Shown: positions 20,973 to 33,301 of the stretch, piece after piece
How positions within the stretch are numbered: the stretch's first letter is position 1
Layout: every line of letters starts with the position of its first letter
Assembly (NCBI GenBank): GCA_963765575.1
Contig: CAVXWZ010000011.1
Coordinates: 416,001 to 480,000 of the forward strand
DNA from: an uncultured cyanobacterium
GTDB taxonomy: Bacteria; Cyanobacteriota; Cyanobacteriia; PCC-6307; Cyanobiaceae
Direction of reading: 5' to 3'
Length of the DNA stretch: 64,000 nucleotides
Made by a program: the position numbers and the translations under genes
The notes under the pieces: generated by a model
The model's database searches: none
What the model saw: only the letters and a program-made list of their open reading frames with translations
What the model was told of the DNA's origin: nothing

Positions 20973-22061
20973 TCAGCGGGCGAGCAGTTGCTGCACCGCC
21001 GGCAGCTGGGAGGTGTCCTTGACGATCAGCACCAGGCTGAGGCCCACCAGGAACACGAAGCCCGACTGCATGAAGGCCATCTGGAAGCGCTCGGGCAGGG
21101 GCCGGCCGCGCACGCCCTCGAGCAGCAGCAGCATGAACTGACCGCCGTCGAGCAGGGGCAGGGGCAGGGCGTTGAGCACCGCCAGGTTGATCGAGATCAG
21201 GGCGGTGAACAGGAACAGGCTGCTGCCTCCCTGCTGGGCGAAGGAGGCGCCAATCTCGACGATCTTCACCGGGCCACTCACCTGGCCGGCGGTTTCGCCG
21301 AAGTGGGTGACCAGGGTGAGGAAGCCGCCGGCGGTGCGGCTGAGCAGGGTGGAGAAGTCGCGGTTGGCCTGGCGGATCGGTTCGAGGGGGCCGCGGGCGG
21401 GGCGGTAGGCCTCCTCGCCGAAGGGTTGCAGCTGGGCGCCGACGCGGCCGGTGCCATCGCGATCGGCGGGGGTGAGCTGGAGCTGCACCTGGCTGCCGCC
21501 GCGCTCGGCCACCAGCTCCAGCGACCGGCTGGGGGACGACTGGATGCGCTCCACCAGCTCGACCACGGCCTGCTGGCCCCCGGCCAGGGTCTCGCCGCCC
21601 AGGCTGAGGATGCGATCACCGGCTTGCAGGCCGGCGGCGGCGGCGGGCTGGCCGCTCTGCACGCCGCTCACGAGCACGCCCGGGGTGGCACTGAAGCCGG
21701 CGGGGATGCCCACCACAACGCCCTGGCCCACCAGCACCAGCCAGGCCAGCAGCAGGTTGGCGAGCACGCCGGCGGCGATCACCAGGGCGCGCTGGGGCAG
21801 GGGGCGGTTGGAGAGCAGGTTGGGGTCGTCCTTGGGGATCGAGCTGCCGGCCTCGTCGTCGGGGAAAGCCACGAAGCCGCCCAGGGGAATGGCCCGCAGG
21901 GCGAACTGCACGCCGCGGCGCTGGCGCTGCAGCAGCACCGGCCCGAAGCCGATCGAGAAGCTGCTGACGCGGATGCCCTGCCAGGTGGCGGCGAGGAAGT
22001 GGCCGGCCTCATGCACCACGATCAGTCCGGCCAGGATCGCCAGTGCCGCCAGAACGCCCAT
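20973..22061 (-). CDS. rseP: RIP metalloprotease
   Basis: HEAGH, PDZ-like region, NALPLPLLDGG. Confidence 0.93.
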   Translation of the reverse strand: MGVLAALAILAGLIVVHEAGHFLAATWQGIRVSSFSIGFGPVLLQRQRRGVQFALRAIPLGGFVAFPDDEAGSSIPKDDPNLLSNRPLPQRALVIAAGVLANLLLAWLVLVGQGVVVGIPAGFSATPGVLVSGVQSGQPAAAAGLQAGDRILSLGGETLAGGQQAVVELVERIQSSPSRSLELVAERGGSQVQLQLTPADRDGTGRVGAQLQPFGEEAYRPARGPLEPIRQANRDFSTLLSRTAGGFLTLVTHFGETAGQVSGPVKIVEIGASFAQQGGSSLFLFTALISINLAVLNALPLPLLDGGQFMLLLLEGVRGRPLPERFQMAFMQSGFVFLVGLSLVLIVKDTSQLPAVQQLLAR

Positions 22062-22186
22062 CAGGCTCCGCTGTCTACGACCTCCATTGTGGGGGGAACC
22101 GTGCTGCACCGCTGCCTGGCAGCGCTGTGCTGGCTCAGCCCGCCCAGATCTCGGCCAGCTGCGGCTGCAGCCGCCGGGGCCGCCCG

Positions 22187-23464
22187 TCAGCTGATCGTGT
22201 CGCCGCCGAAGTAGGGCACCAGGGCGGCCGGGAGGGTCACCGAGCCATCGGCCTGCTGGCCGTTTTCGAGCAGGGCGGCCATGGTGCGGCCCACGGCGAG
22301 GCCGGAGCCGTTGAGGGTGTGCACGAGCTGGGTGCCCTTGGTGTCGGGGTCTTTGAAGCGGATCGAGGCGCGGCGGGCCTGGAAGTCGCCGCACACCGAG
22401 CAGCTGGAGATCTCGCGGTAGGTGCCGGCGCCGGGCAGCCACACCTCCAGATCGAAGGTGCGGGCGGCGGAGAAGCCCAGATCAGCGCCGCAGAGCTCGA
22501 TGCGGCGGTAGGGGAGGTTGAGGGTTTCGAGGATGGACTCGGCGTGGCGGGTGAGCTGCTCGTGGGCGGCGTCGGAGTCTTCGGGGCGGGTGAACCAGTA
22601 GAGCTCCACCTTGTTGAACTGGTGCAGGCGGATCAGGCCGCGGGTGTCGCGGCCGTAGGAGCCGGCCTCGCGGCGGAAGCAGGGGGTGTAGGCGCAGTAG
22701 CGCAGGGGCAGCTGCTCGGCCGGGATCACCTCGTCGCGGTGCAGGGAGGTGAGCGGCACCTCGGCGGTGGGGGTGAGCCAGAGGTCGTCGCCGGCGCACT
22801 GGAAGCTCTCCTCGGCGAACTTGGGCAGCTGGCCCGAACCGGTGAGGCTGGCGGAGTTCACCAGGATCGGCGGCAGCACCTCGGTGTAGCCGCGGGCGGT
22901 GTGCTGATCGAGCATGAAGCTGATCAGGGCGCGTTCGAGGCGGGCGCCGGCGCCGAGCAGGGTGATGAAGCGGCTCTGGGCGATGCGCACCGAACGCTCG
23001 CTGTCCCACAGCCCCAGGCGCTCGCCGATCTGCCAGTGCTCCTGCAGGCCGGCGGCCGGGCGCGGGTTGCCCCAGCGCTTGCACTCCACGTTGTCGGCCT
23101 CGCTGAGGCCGGCGGGAACTTCGGGGGCGGGCAGGTTGGGGAGGCTGAGCAGCTGCTCGCGCAGGCGGGCTTCGAGGCCCTTCTCCTCGTCTTCCAGCAC
23201 CGCCACCTGCTGCTTGACGCGGTTGCCGCTCTGGCGCAGCTCGGCCACGTCGGGGCCATCGGCAGCGGCGCCGGCGCGGATCAGCTGGCCCACCTGCTTG
23301 CCGATGCGGTTGCCTTCGGCCTGGAGCTCGCTGCGGCGCTGCTCGAGGTCGCGTTCCTGCTCAGCCACCAGCTGCAGGCCGGTGAGATCGACCGCCAGGC
23401 CGCGGCGGGCGAGCTGCTCCACGATCTGCTCGGGGTGTTGGCGCAGCAGGCGCTGATCGAGCAC
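22187..23464 (-). CDS. serS: Seryl-tRNA synthetase
   Basis: PTAEV, FRREAGSYGRDTRGLIRLHQF, EISSCS, HTLNGSGLA. Confidence 0.97.
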   Translation of the reverse strand: MLDQRLLRQHPEQIVEQLARRGLAVDLTGLQLVAEQERDLEQRRSELQAEGNRIGKQVGQLIRAGAAADGPDVAELRQSGNRVKQQVAVLEDEEKGLEARLREQLLSLPNLPAPEVPAGLSEADNVECKRWGNPRPAAGLQEHWQIGERLGLWDSERSVRIAQSRFITLLGAGARLERALISFMLDQHTARGYTEVLPPILVNSASLTGSGQLPKFAEESFQCAGDDLWLTPTAEVPLTSLHRDEVIPAEQLPLRYCAYTPCFRREAGSYGRDTRGLIRLHQFNKVELYWFTRPEDSDAAHEQLTRHAESILETLNLPYRRIELCGADLGFSAARTFDLEVWLPGAGTYREISSCSVCGDFQARRASIRFKDPDTKGTQLVHTLNGSGLAVGRTMAALLENGQQADGSVTLPAALVPYFGGDTIS

Positions 23465-23521
23465 GGCGGGCTGTGGTGGCGGCCGGAAGACTAGGGGGCC
23501 GCCAAGGGCGGGATCAGCGGC

Positions 23522-23803
23522 TCAGAGCACCTGCACCACTTCGGCGATCTCGGGGATGGCCTCACGCAGCTTGCGCTCGATGCCCATCTTGAGGGTCATG
23601 GTGCTGCTGGGGCAGCTGCCGCAGGCGCCCTGCAGCCGCACCTTCACGATCGGCCCCTCGATTTCCACCACCTCGACGTTGCCGCCGTCGGCCATGAGGT
23701 AGGGACGCAGTTCATCGAGGTTGCGCTCCACGTTCTCGACCGTGAGGGCGCGGGGATCGCTGCTGGCGGTGTCGCTGGTGGTGTCGGTGGCGGAGCTGGT
23801 CAT
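23522..23803 (-). CDS. NifU/NfuA-type Fe-S carrier
   Basis: [23 protein letters not shown]. Confidence 0.92.
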   Translation of the reverse strand: MTSSATDTTSDTASSDPRALTVENVERNLDELRPYLMADGGNVEVVEIEGPIVKVRLQGACGSCPSSTMTLKMGIERKLREAIPEIAEVVQVL

Positions 23804-23829
23804 GGCGGCTCGGGAGCTGGACTGTGATC

Positions 23830-24486
23830 TTAGGAATCGCTCGCCACGCCTGGCTGGGATGGGGCGCCGGGCTTGGCTGCGGCGCTGGGCGGTGAGATGA
23901 GGCTGAGCAGCAGGGTGTCGTTGGGTTCGGGCATCCCGGCGGCCCGCCACTGCTTCGTGAGCTGCTCGAGCTCCTTCTGGTAGCGCCGCTGACGCTTCGC
24001 CAGCAGGGCGATGTAGACGAGCCCGGGAATCAGCAGGCAGAGCAGCAGCAGCACGGTGATCAGCACCTGCCGCCGGCCGATGGCGGGCTGGGGGTAGGGC
24101 CGGCCGGTGCTGATCGCCCAGATCAGGGCCATCACGGAGCGCGGCTGCTTCTTGATCGCCTGGTTGAGCTGCTGGAGGTCGTACCAGGCGGCCCGTGAGG
24201 GCGTCCAGGTGATGCCGGCGCTGCGCAGCAGGCGCAGCAGGGCCCGGCGGCGTTGGCGCAGGCCCTGCTCCAGCTCCCGGATGGGGATGCGCATGATCAG
24301 CTGGCCGTCGCTGTCATTGAGGGCGTAGCTCAGCCGGCAGGGGTGGGAGTGCTCGGCGCTGGCGCGGTCGCCCGGGGGCAGGTTGTGGTGCCGCCAGGCG
24401 AATTCCTGGGCCACCCCGAAGAGCAGCTGGGCATCGGTGTTGGCGATGGAGAGCGCGGGCGCATCCGGGCCGGCAGTGGAGACCAT
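23830..24486 (-). CDS. Hypothetical membrane protein
   Basis: ATG at 24486 just after the pilin stop; C-terminal helix [23 protein letters not shown]. Confidence 0.6.
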   Translation of the reverse strand: MVSTAGPDAPALSIANTDAQLLFGVAQEFAWRHHNLPPGDRASAEHSHPCRLSYALNDSDGQLIMRIPIRELEQGLRQRRRALLRLLRSAGITWTPSRAAWYDLQQLNQAIKKQPRSVMALIWAISTGRPYPQPAIGRRQVLITVLLLLCLLIPGLVYIALLAKRQRRYQKELEQLTKQWRAAGMPEPNDTLLLSLISPPSAAAKPGAPSQPGVASDS

Positions 24487-24494
24487 GGGCGGGA

Positions 24495-25144
24495 TCAGTC
24501 GACGAAGGGCCGCGAGCCGGTGCGCAGCGCCGAGGGTGCGGGTGACGGCGTTGCCGAAGCCCTGGGTGGCCGTGAAGGTGTTGGGGGCCACGGGCTCCAC
24601 GCTGATCTCAACCGTGGCGGTGTTGCAGTCGTCGTTGGGTGTTCGAAAGCTCGTGACACCGCGCATCACCAGCTGGTCGTTGTTGTTGTTGTTTGGATCT
24701 AGCTGGCCGTTGGCGAGAATGGCGGGGCCATTTCGCACGAGGTTGGTTCACCTGCGCCGGGCCGAAATAGCGAACAACGCGTGTGCCCGCCGGGGCGTTG
24801 TTGGCATCCAGCAGGGTCACCCGCATGCGCAGTTGGTTGCGCTGAGCGGTGTCGCAGGTGGGGTCTGCTGCGGTCGCAGTCGCGGGCAGAGAGGCGGCAT
24901 TGGTGCCGAGCTGGCAGGCGTCGTTGGCTTCGCTGCTGATCAGGGTGGTGAGGCGATCGAGATCGCGCTCCAGCTGGGTTTGCCAGATGGTGGCCTCCAA
25001 AAACTGGATGGAGCCCCGGATCGTGGTCCAGATCAGGGGCACGAACAGGCCGCTGATCACCAGCGCTACCAGCAGCTCCACCAGGGTGACGCCGGCTGCC
25101 GGGGCGGGCGGGGCTGGGGACAGGAGGGGGGAATAGCGCTTCAT
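24495..25144 (-). CDS. PilW-like minor pilin, frameshifted
   Basis: G|VTLVELLVALVISGLF prepilin motif; continues via about two frame changes to ...ALRTGSRPFVD*. Confidence 0.75.
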
Positions 25145-25148
25145 GGCG

Positions 25149-25684
25149 TCAGACGCGGCTCCATTCGTTGCAGGTGCCGCTGGATGCCTGGTTGTTGCGG
25201 CCCACCTCGAGCACGCCGATCAGGCCGACAAGGCGGATGCAGCGCAGGGGCGGCACGTTGTTCACAGCCACATTGAGGGTGATGCCGGTGGCGGTGGCCA
25301 CGGTGCCCCGGGGGTGAACACGAAGTGGGCCGGGTTGGCGGCGATCTGGCGGTGGGGGCGTTGAAGGAGAGATCCGGCACCGTGAGGGTGTTCTGGGGGG
25401 CGCAGGCGGCTGGGGCGATGGTGGCCATCACGGCGCCGGGGGCGAGGTTGCCGTTGTTGATGGTGACAGTGCACTGGGCATCGCCGGCGTGGGCGTTGAA
25501 GCGGGTGGCGTCGCGGTTCACCTGATCCAGCCAGCCGGCAGTTCCGAGACCACGGTGTTGGCGCGTTCGCGGCGGGCGATGTTGAGCAGTGAGCCGCCGC
25601 CCACGGCGGCGATCACGCCCAGGATCACGATCACCACCAGGAGTTCAATGAGCGTGTAGCCGCTGGCGGGGAGGAGCGTTTCAT
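25149..25684 (-). CDS. FimT/FimU-like minor pilin, frameshifted
   Basis: G|YTLIELLVVIVILGVIAAV; fragments FVFTP, PLRCIRLVGLIGVLEVG...C in different frames. Confidence 0.75.
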
Positions 25685-26328
25685 GGGCAGAAACGGGCCA
25701 TCGGCGGCACCACGCGGGCCACGCGCACCGGGGCGTTTGGATCTGCCGCGTTGCTGTCGGTGTAGGTGACCTGGAGGATGTTCTGGTTGCCGGGCTGATT
25801 CTGCACTGTGTTGAGCCGCACGATGGGCTGGCGCACCCCGCCGGCCGCCGTGATGCCGGCGTCCACGGGCAGAGCGTTGAACTGAGCCAGCACGCCGGCG
25901 CTGATGATGCCGGCATTGGGTTCTGGCAGAGGGCATCGACTAACTGCGGCTTCGCTCCCGGCGGCAGCGGGGTCGGTGTCGAGCTGCGGATAGAAGTAGC
26001 GATCGTCGCGGCGATTGGTGGTGGCGCAAGGTGAGGTGGGGCCTGTGGCGTGATGCCTGCGGGGATCCAGGTGCAGGCGCCGCTGCAGCAGGTGAGCCGG
26101 GTGGCGAGGTCTTGAATCTCGGCGAGATCGGCATCGATGGCTGTGCTGAGCTGGTTGCGCTGGCCGGCCCGCTGGCGCTGCTGGGTGGCGATGTTGATCA
26201 CGCCGATGGTGCCCAGCAGGGCGACAGTGACGACCACGCTCACCACCAGCGCCTCGATCAACAGGGCGCCCTGCTCAGCGTGCGGGCACCCGGAAGGAGA
26301 CGGCAGCGGGCGGCGGGGGGCGTCTCAC
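25681..26328 (-). CDS. PilV-like minor pilin, frameshifted
   Basis: G|ALLIEALVVSVVVTVALLG (E at +5); ends ...VARVVPPMARFCP*; start and stop overlap the neighbours. Confidence 0.72.
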
Positions 26329-27409
26329 CACAGGCGCGTGTTGGTGGTGGAGCGGGCGACCCAGTCGATGCCGTTCCAGGGCACGAACTGGGCGGGGTTG
26401 GCCTCACCCAATGCGCCCCCGGTGACCCGGGAATCGGGCACGCGCAGGTGGAAGGCACCATAGGGCTTGAAATTCTTCACCCAGATTCGGCCGAAGAAGC
26501 TCCAGTTGTCTTCATTGTCGTCGTAGAAGCCATCAGGAATGGCACTGGCGCCATCGCCGGTGATGGTGAGTTCTACCCAGCCTTGGGGCAGGTAGAACCA
26601 GACGCCGCCGATTCTGGCATTGGAGCCGAAGGTGGTGGTGATCAGCACGTTCTGTTCCTGACCGGCAGTGCCGGTGTCGCGGCCGAAGAAATTCAGACGA
26701 TCGGGTTCTCCGACGGGGGAGAAGTCATAGTTTTCATCGTCGATCAACTCGTCGCAATCATTCTCGATCGCGGGAGCAGGCAACGTGGGCCAGATTGGCG
26801 GGATCACGCGAGAGGTAGATGAAGTTTTCAGGATTGCTGCTCACGGTGTTGGGGCCGAAGCGAAGATCGGTGGTGGCCGGTTCGGTGTAGAACAGGCTCA
26901 GCGGTCCGCCGCTGGTGTCGATGAACAAATCGCCGCCGTCAAACTGGTTGATGGTGGGGCCGACACAGTGGAAGCCGGCATCGAGCGTGATCGGGGAACT
27001 GCTGGTGAATTCGCACCAGGCTCCACGGAAAGCTGTATCGACCGGTCGGCCATTGGTGTTGTTTGAGCCTGCATCGCGGGCGAGGGTGGGGCGCCCTGAT
27101 TCGATCAGGACATCGTCAATGTCAATGCGTTCGCTAGCATTCAAGGGATCCTGCATTGAATCTGATCGCGAAGGTGGTGCTTGTGAAGGGAAGCGCCAGA
27201 TTGATGAATTGATTGGCAGTTCCGAAATATCGTCGCGGAAAATTCTCTTGAAGAGCCTGCAAGTGGATGGTGTCGGTGGCATCAGTGCAGGCCTCAACGT
27301 CCAAGTAATCTCCTGAGGCGAAGCTCCAGTCGTTCCGATCAGCCCGGAATGAGAGATAGGGAGTGCTCAAGCCTGATGTATCAGCTTCGCGTAGGGCTGT
27401 GGCGCCTGA
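26325..27409 (-). pseudogene. C-terminal part of a giant PilX-like protein (after the IS)
   Basis: Protein-like fragments in three frames ending ...FVPWNGIDWVARSTTNTRLW*; stop overlaps the GTG of the next pilin. Confidence 0.65.
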
Positions 27410-28658
27410 AGGGCACCTCGAAATATGAGTGTTTCCGGCCGTTCTAGCCAGCCAAAAAGCCGCATTACTGCGGCTTGTCGGCTGATTTTGTGTACACCAT
27501 TAAGGGCAGTAAATCTTAAGGTCGAATCAGCTAGACCGATGCTCACGCCATCACTACACTATTGCTTGAACGCTGAAGATAGCGAAGGAAGTTGAATGTC
27601 AGATTTTTCAGGCCCCACCAAGCTTCGTTTCTTCCAAGGCCAATCTTTCTTGTTAGCTTGCCGCCCATTGAGGTCGTCATGCAGCCGAATACGTGTTCAA
27701 CACAAGCTCTAATCGCCGACTTGATCCGATTACGGTCTTTAGCTGCGTCACTAAGCGGGTGATTGCGTGCACCCTTTTCGTGGATCCGACTCTCAAAGCC
27801 ACCGAGACTCAGCAGATCTTCAAAGCACTCACCCGAATAAGCGGAGTCTGCCCAGACATAGTCATGTTGATTTTCTGGATCTAGGAGCTTTGGAAGCATC
27901 TGACTGTCATGGATATTGGCAGGAGTAATGGCATATCGGCGGATAAATCCATGTTCAGCATCGATGCAGATGCTGTTTTTGTAACCGTAGTGGTTGATGC
28001 CATTCTTTTTAACCCAGCGAGCATCTAAGTCCTTCTGCTGCAGGCGATGTGGGTTCTCATCCCAACCATGCGGCAAGCGACCGGCCTTAATTTCCATGTT
28101 CTCTTCTCGGCTATTGCGTTGCTTGGGAACAGGGACCAAAGTCGCATCAATGATCTGACCACCACGGGCTTCGAGGCCCTGTTCTCGGAGGAATCCCTCA
28201 AACTTCTCGAAGAGCTCTTCGATGACGCCTGCTTTGCGAAGACGTTCCCTGAAGAAAGCCACAGTTGTGGCGTCTGGAATATCGTTCATCACCCCAAGAC
28301 CTACGAACTCCTCAAAAGATCGCCTGTCATTGACCTGGAATTCAAGTTCTTCATCGCTCAGGTTGAAAAGTTGCTGGAGCACCAGCATCTTGAACAGGAT
28401 CAGCGGATCAATCCTCTTGCGACCAGCATTGCTCTTGCGCTCCTGCATGTAACCCATCTCAAGCAATGGACGGAATGATTCCCAGCGAATAGAATCCGAC
28501 AACCGCTTGAGGACCGGCTTCTTCTCCTTGAGTTTTGCGACTCTTTGCTGTTCGTCCGAAAAGCCACGCTGCCCCATTGCTGAGATGAGATCTTATGGCT
28601 TCATTCTAATCCAGAATTTTGCTCAATCAAGTGATTTGGCGATTTTTCGAGGTGCCCT
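27410..28658 (-). mobile_element. IS5-family insertion sequence (about 1.25 kb)
   Basis: Perfect 14-bp terminal inverted repeats AGGGCACCTCGAAA (27410-27423) / TTTCGAGGTGCCCT (28645-28658) enclosing a transposase; visibly lower GC. Confidence 0.92.
27543..28577 (-). CDS. IS5-family DDE transposase
   Basis: PDATT, IIDAT, YGYK, ANIHDS, ADSAY, RACVEHVFG. Confidence 0.95.
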   Translation of the reverse strand: MGQRGFSDEQQRVAKLKEKKPVLKRLSDSIRWESFRPLLEMGYMQERKSNAGRKRIDPLILFKMLVLQQLFNLSDEELEFQVNDRRSFEEFVGLGVMNDIPDATTVAFFRERLRKAGVIEELFEKFEGFLREQGLEARGGQIIDATLVPVPKQRNSREENMEIKAGRLPHGWDENPHRLQQKDLDARWVKKNGINHYGYKNSICIDAEHGFIRRYAITPANIHDSQMLPKLLDPENQHDYVWADSAYSGECFEDLLSLGGFESRIHEKGARNHPLSDAAKDRNRIKSAIRACVEHVFGCMTTSMGGKLTRKIGLGRNEAWWGLKNLTFNFLRYLQRSSNSVVMA

Positions 28659-30353
28659 GATTAGGCGGACACGCTGATTACCGGTGAAAGTGCTAATTTC
28701 AGTATCACCTGTGAAGATCCAGGAGTCTTCAAAATCTTCTGATCCGACATTGCCGTCATCAGTTAAAGGGCAAAAATTATCCGCGTATGAGGTGGTGAGA
28801 TCCGGTGCGGCACGGCTGGTCACATTCAGCCAGGTGTCATCGTCACAGTCGTCAGCTGTGGTGTCGTCATCGAGATCAATGATGCAGATCTCCACCCGCT
28901 CGGCACCAGCTTGGTCATTAGTGCGCAGGCGGATTGTCGTCTCGCTGTTGGCTCCGCTGGAGCTATCGCCGTTGTCGGTGCTCAACAGCGGCCAGATGGC
29001 CACGTTGTCAGTTTTGTTGTTCTCAGCTGCGGCGGCCACGATGATCAGATTCGGACCCCAGCCATTGGTCCAGGTGTAGACGAAATCATCGATATCAGGG
29101 AAGGCTGTGGCCTCCAGGGCAATGATCGGCGAGCAGGACGCCGAGGTGCCGCGGATGTCGGTGTCGGGACCGGAGAAGTAGCCAGAAGAGTTCTGCGGCT
29201 GGCGGCAAATCTGCTCGGCGGCTGTCGGTGTGCCCGCACCCGTGATGTCCGCGTTGCGGCCATTGTCGCTGCCGCGTGGATCGCCTGGCTCAAAGGTATT
29301 GGGACAGTTGCCAGAGGCTTCCTTCCCCCTGCCCGGTCGAACCCGACAGTTGGACCGCTCAAAGATGTCGTCAGAGTTGGCTACCACGCCAAGGATGGGT
29401 CCATAGCGCTCGACCGTGCCGCTGCCCTGGGCCCTCTGGGTGAACTGATCGTTCGCAAAATACGACCAGTGCCAGCCATCATTGAAGCCGGTGACCACGC
29501 CGTACTGCAGGTTGCAGAGGCGGCCGTCTGAGCCCAGCGAACCCGTGGTGCCCTGGTAATTCTCCCCACCCGATTCGTTGCTCCCCAGCGAGGCGCCGCA
29601 GCATTTCGGCAGCACCTCGAATTCCTGGGTGAGCCGTGAGTTGGCCACCACCCGGCCGCCCTGCACCACCCGGCCCTCCACCACCAGCCCGATGAAGCCG
29701 CTGTTGCGACCGGGTTGGAGCGCGCCCGTGCCGTCGGGATCGTTGAGGTTCACCAATTGATCCCAGCTGGCGAAGCCGGTGGGCAGGGCCGCGCCGGTGA
29801 CGCCACCGCCGGGCGCCGCGCTGCGGCGGAGGGCCCGGGGGTTGGGGTTGGCCCGGCCATCGGAGGCGGTGTAGTCCACCCGCACCAGACGGAACTGGCG
29901 GCCATTGGTCGTTTCGTCGGCTTCGGCCCCGGTGACCACATCGCGCCACTCGCCGTCGCCGAGGTTGATGGCCGCCTGGTCGGGCTGGCCATCGTTGGGG
30001 CCGGGACGGCTGCCGTCGGAGGTGTTGAAGCAGTCGCTGCGGAGGCTGGCGGCGGTCCAGTTGGCCGGATCGTCTCCTGACACCAGCAGGGCCCGGTTCT
30101 GGGGCTGGTTCCAGGTGTCGATCATCAGGTCGGCGCCCTCGGCGGCTGCGCCGCGGGCCTGGCGCGAATCGGAGGAGGCGAAGACGCCGCGCAGGTTGCC
30201 ACTGGTGAGCTGCACCACGGCGGCGCCACTGAGGATCAGCACCAAGGAGGCCACGATGCCGGCGGCCGCAGAGATGGCGCCCCTCTCGGCGCCGCGCCGC
30301 TGGCTGCTGGGGCGGCGGGAGGCCAGCAACCGCAGCAGAAGCTGGTTGCCCAT
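28659..30353 (-). pseudogene. N-terminal part of a giant PilX-like pilus tip protein, interrupted by IS5
   Basis: Basic leader then G|AISAAAGIVASLVLILSG (no E5, PilX-like), ARGAAAEG, QEFEVLPKCCG; the frame runs into the IS end. Confidence 0.7.
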
Positions 30354-30519
30354 GGAGGTATCACGGTCTGGTTCCTGTTCCACGGTAGGCCAGTTGCCGC
30401 TCTGGACACCCAAGGAGCGGCAACGTTTGGTAATGGGGGCGACTGCCTAGGATCGACCGGCGAGGCTCTGGTGAGCTTGACCAGCCCGAGTTGACCCGCA
30501 TGAGCCTGAGCAGAGCTGC

Positions 30520-32328
<1,809 letters not shown>

Positions 32329-32405
32329 GCGCGTTCAAGACTGTGCTTGTCATGCTGTGGCCTGGTGGCTAGGGATGCAGCAGGACTCCTGTCTCCAGGC
32401 CAATC

Positions 32406-33206
32406 ATGCCGGTTCTGCGCTTCGAACAGACCCATCAGTGCCCTTTCCCGGTAACCACAACAGGCGTAAGCACCGCCTTGACGGTGTGCGAAGTGGGCAA
32501 CGACCCCATGCTTGCCTTTCTCACGCAAACCGGCTACAATGACGAGATTGTGTATCTCGCTCTGGGCTGTTGCGTTGAGTATTTCCGCCAGCCAACGCCA
32601 GCCAATCGGGAAGTGATTTCCGGGATGGGATTCAATCCGATCACCAAGAAAATCTGGTGTGGATCCACAACCTCCCAGGGGAATGAGGTGTTTTCGTTTG
32701 ATCCCGCCACGGGTCAGGAAGTGGCCGCGCTCGATCTGTCGGCAGACAGCACGCTTTCCCTTCCCGGTGGCTTTGCCACCAATGGTCTGTTCTTCGTCCG
32801 CGCCTCCGGTAGTAACCTTGAATTGCGCTCCATGGGTGGTGTCAAGCTGGGGCAGATTCAGTTTCCAGGCCGTTCGATCACAGCGATCTCCCAGTCGCCC
32901 TGGAGCTGGACCTTTGGCGATAGGGGCAACAACGAGATCGTGGTGATCAATCCCTTCGGTGCCGAGGTCGCAACCGCGCCGGCCCCTGGCTCTGCCGGAG
33001 GGCTGCAGGCCATCGCCTACGACACGGTGAGCGACATGAGCGCCCATCCTCAGGTTTGGCAGCCCGATTGCACCATCGGTGATCCGGGAACGATTCATCA
33101 TCCCGATACCCCCTGGAATCCCACCCCCTGGCAGTTTCGCCACCGGCTGTACGTGGCGAACGAGAACGACCAGATGATCTACGCCGGCTATCTCACGGAG
33201 TCCTGA
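32406..33206 (+). CDS. Hypothetical protein, possible beta-propeller
   Basis: 266-aa ORF with repeated short strands (GMGFNP, FSFDPATG, IVVINP, AIAYD, LYVAN); lower GC than lepA. Confidence 0.7.
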   Translation: MPVLRFEQTHQCPFPVTTTGVSTALTVCEVGNDPMLAFLTQTGYNDEIVYLALGCCVEYFRQPTPANREVISGMGFNPITKKIWCGSTTSQGNEVFSFDPATGQEVAALDLSADSTLSLPGGFATNGLFFVRASGSNLELRSMGGVKLGQIQFPGRSITAISQSPWSWTFGDRGNNEIVVINPFGAEVATAPAPGSAGGLQAIAYDTVSDMSAHPQVWQPDCTIGDPGTIHHPDTPWNPTPWQFRHRLYVANENDQMIYAGYLTES

Positions 33207-33301
33207 GTCTCGTTCTGTCACTTCGCCCTTGGCCCGAGCCCTGATCGCTGGCGGAATCTCCAGGCCATTCCTAGCCTGGGCCTCCAGCGGCGGAGCTGAC
33301 G

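Noticed and set aside
23830..24738. Single 302-aa protein
   Set aside because: Chimera of the frameshifted PilW-like C-terminus and a separate gene starting at 24486
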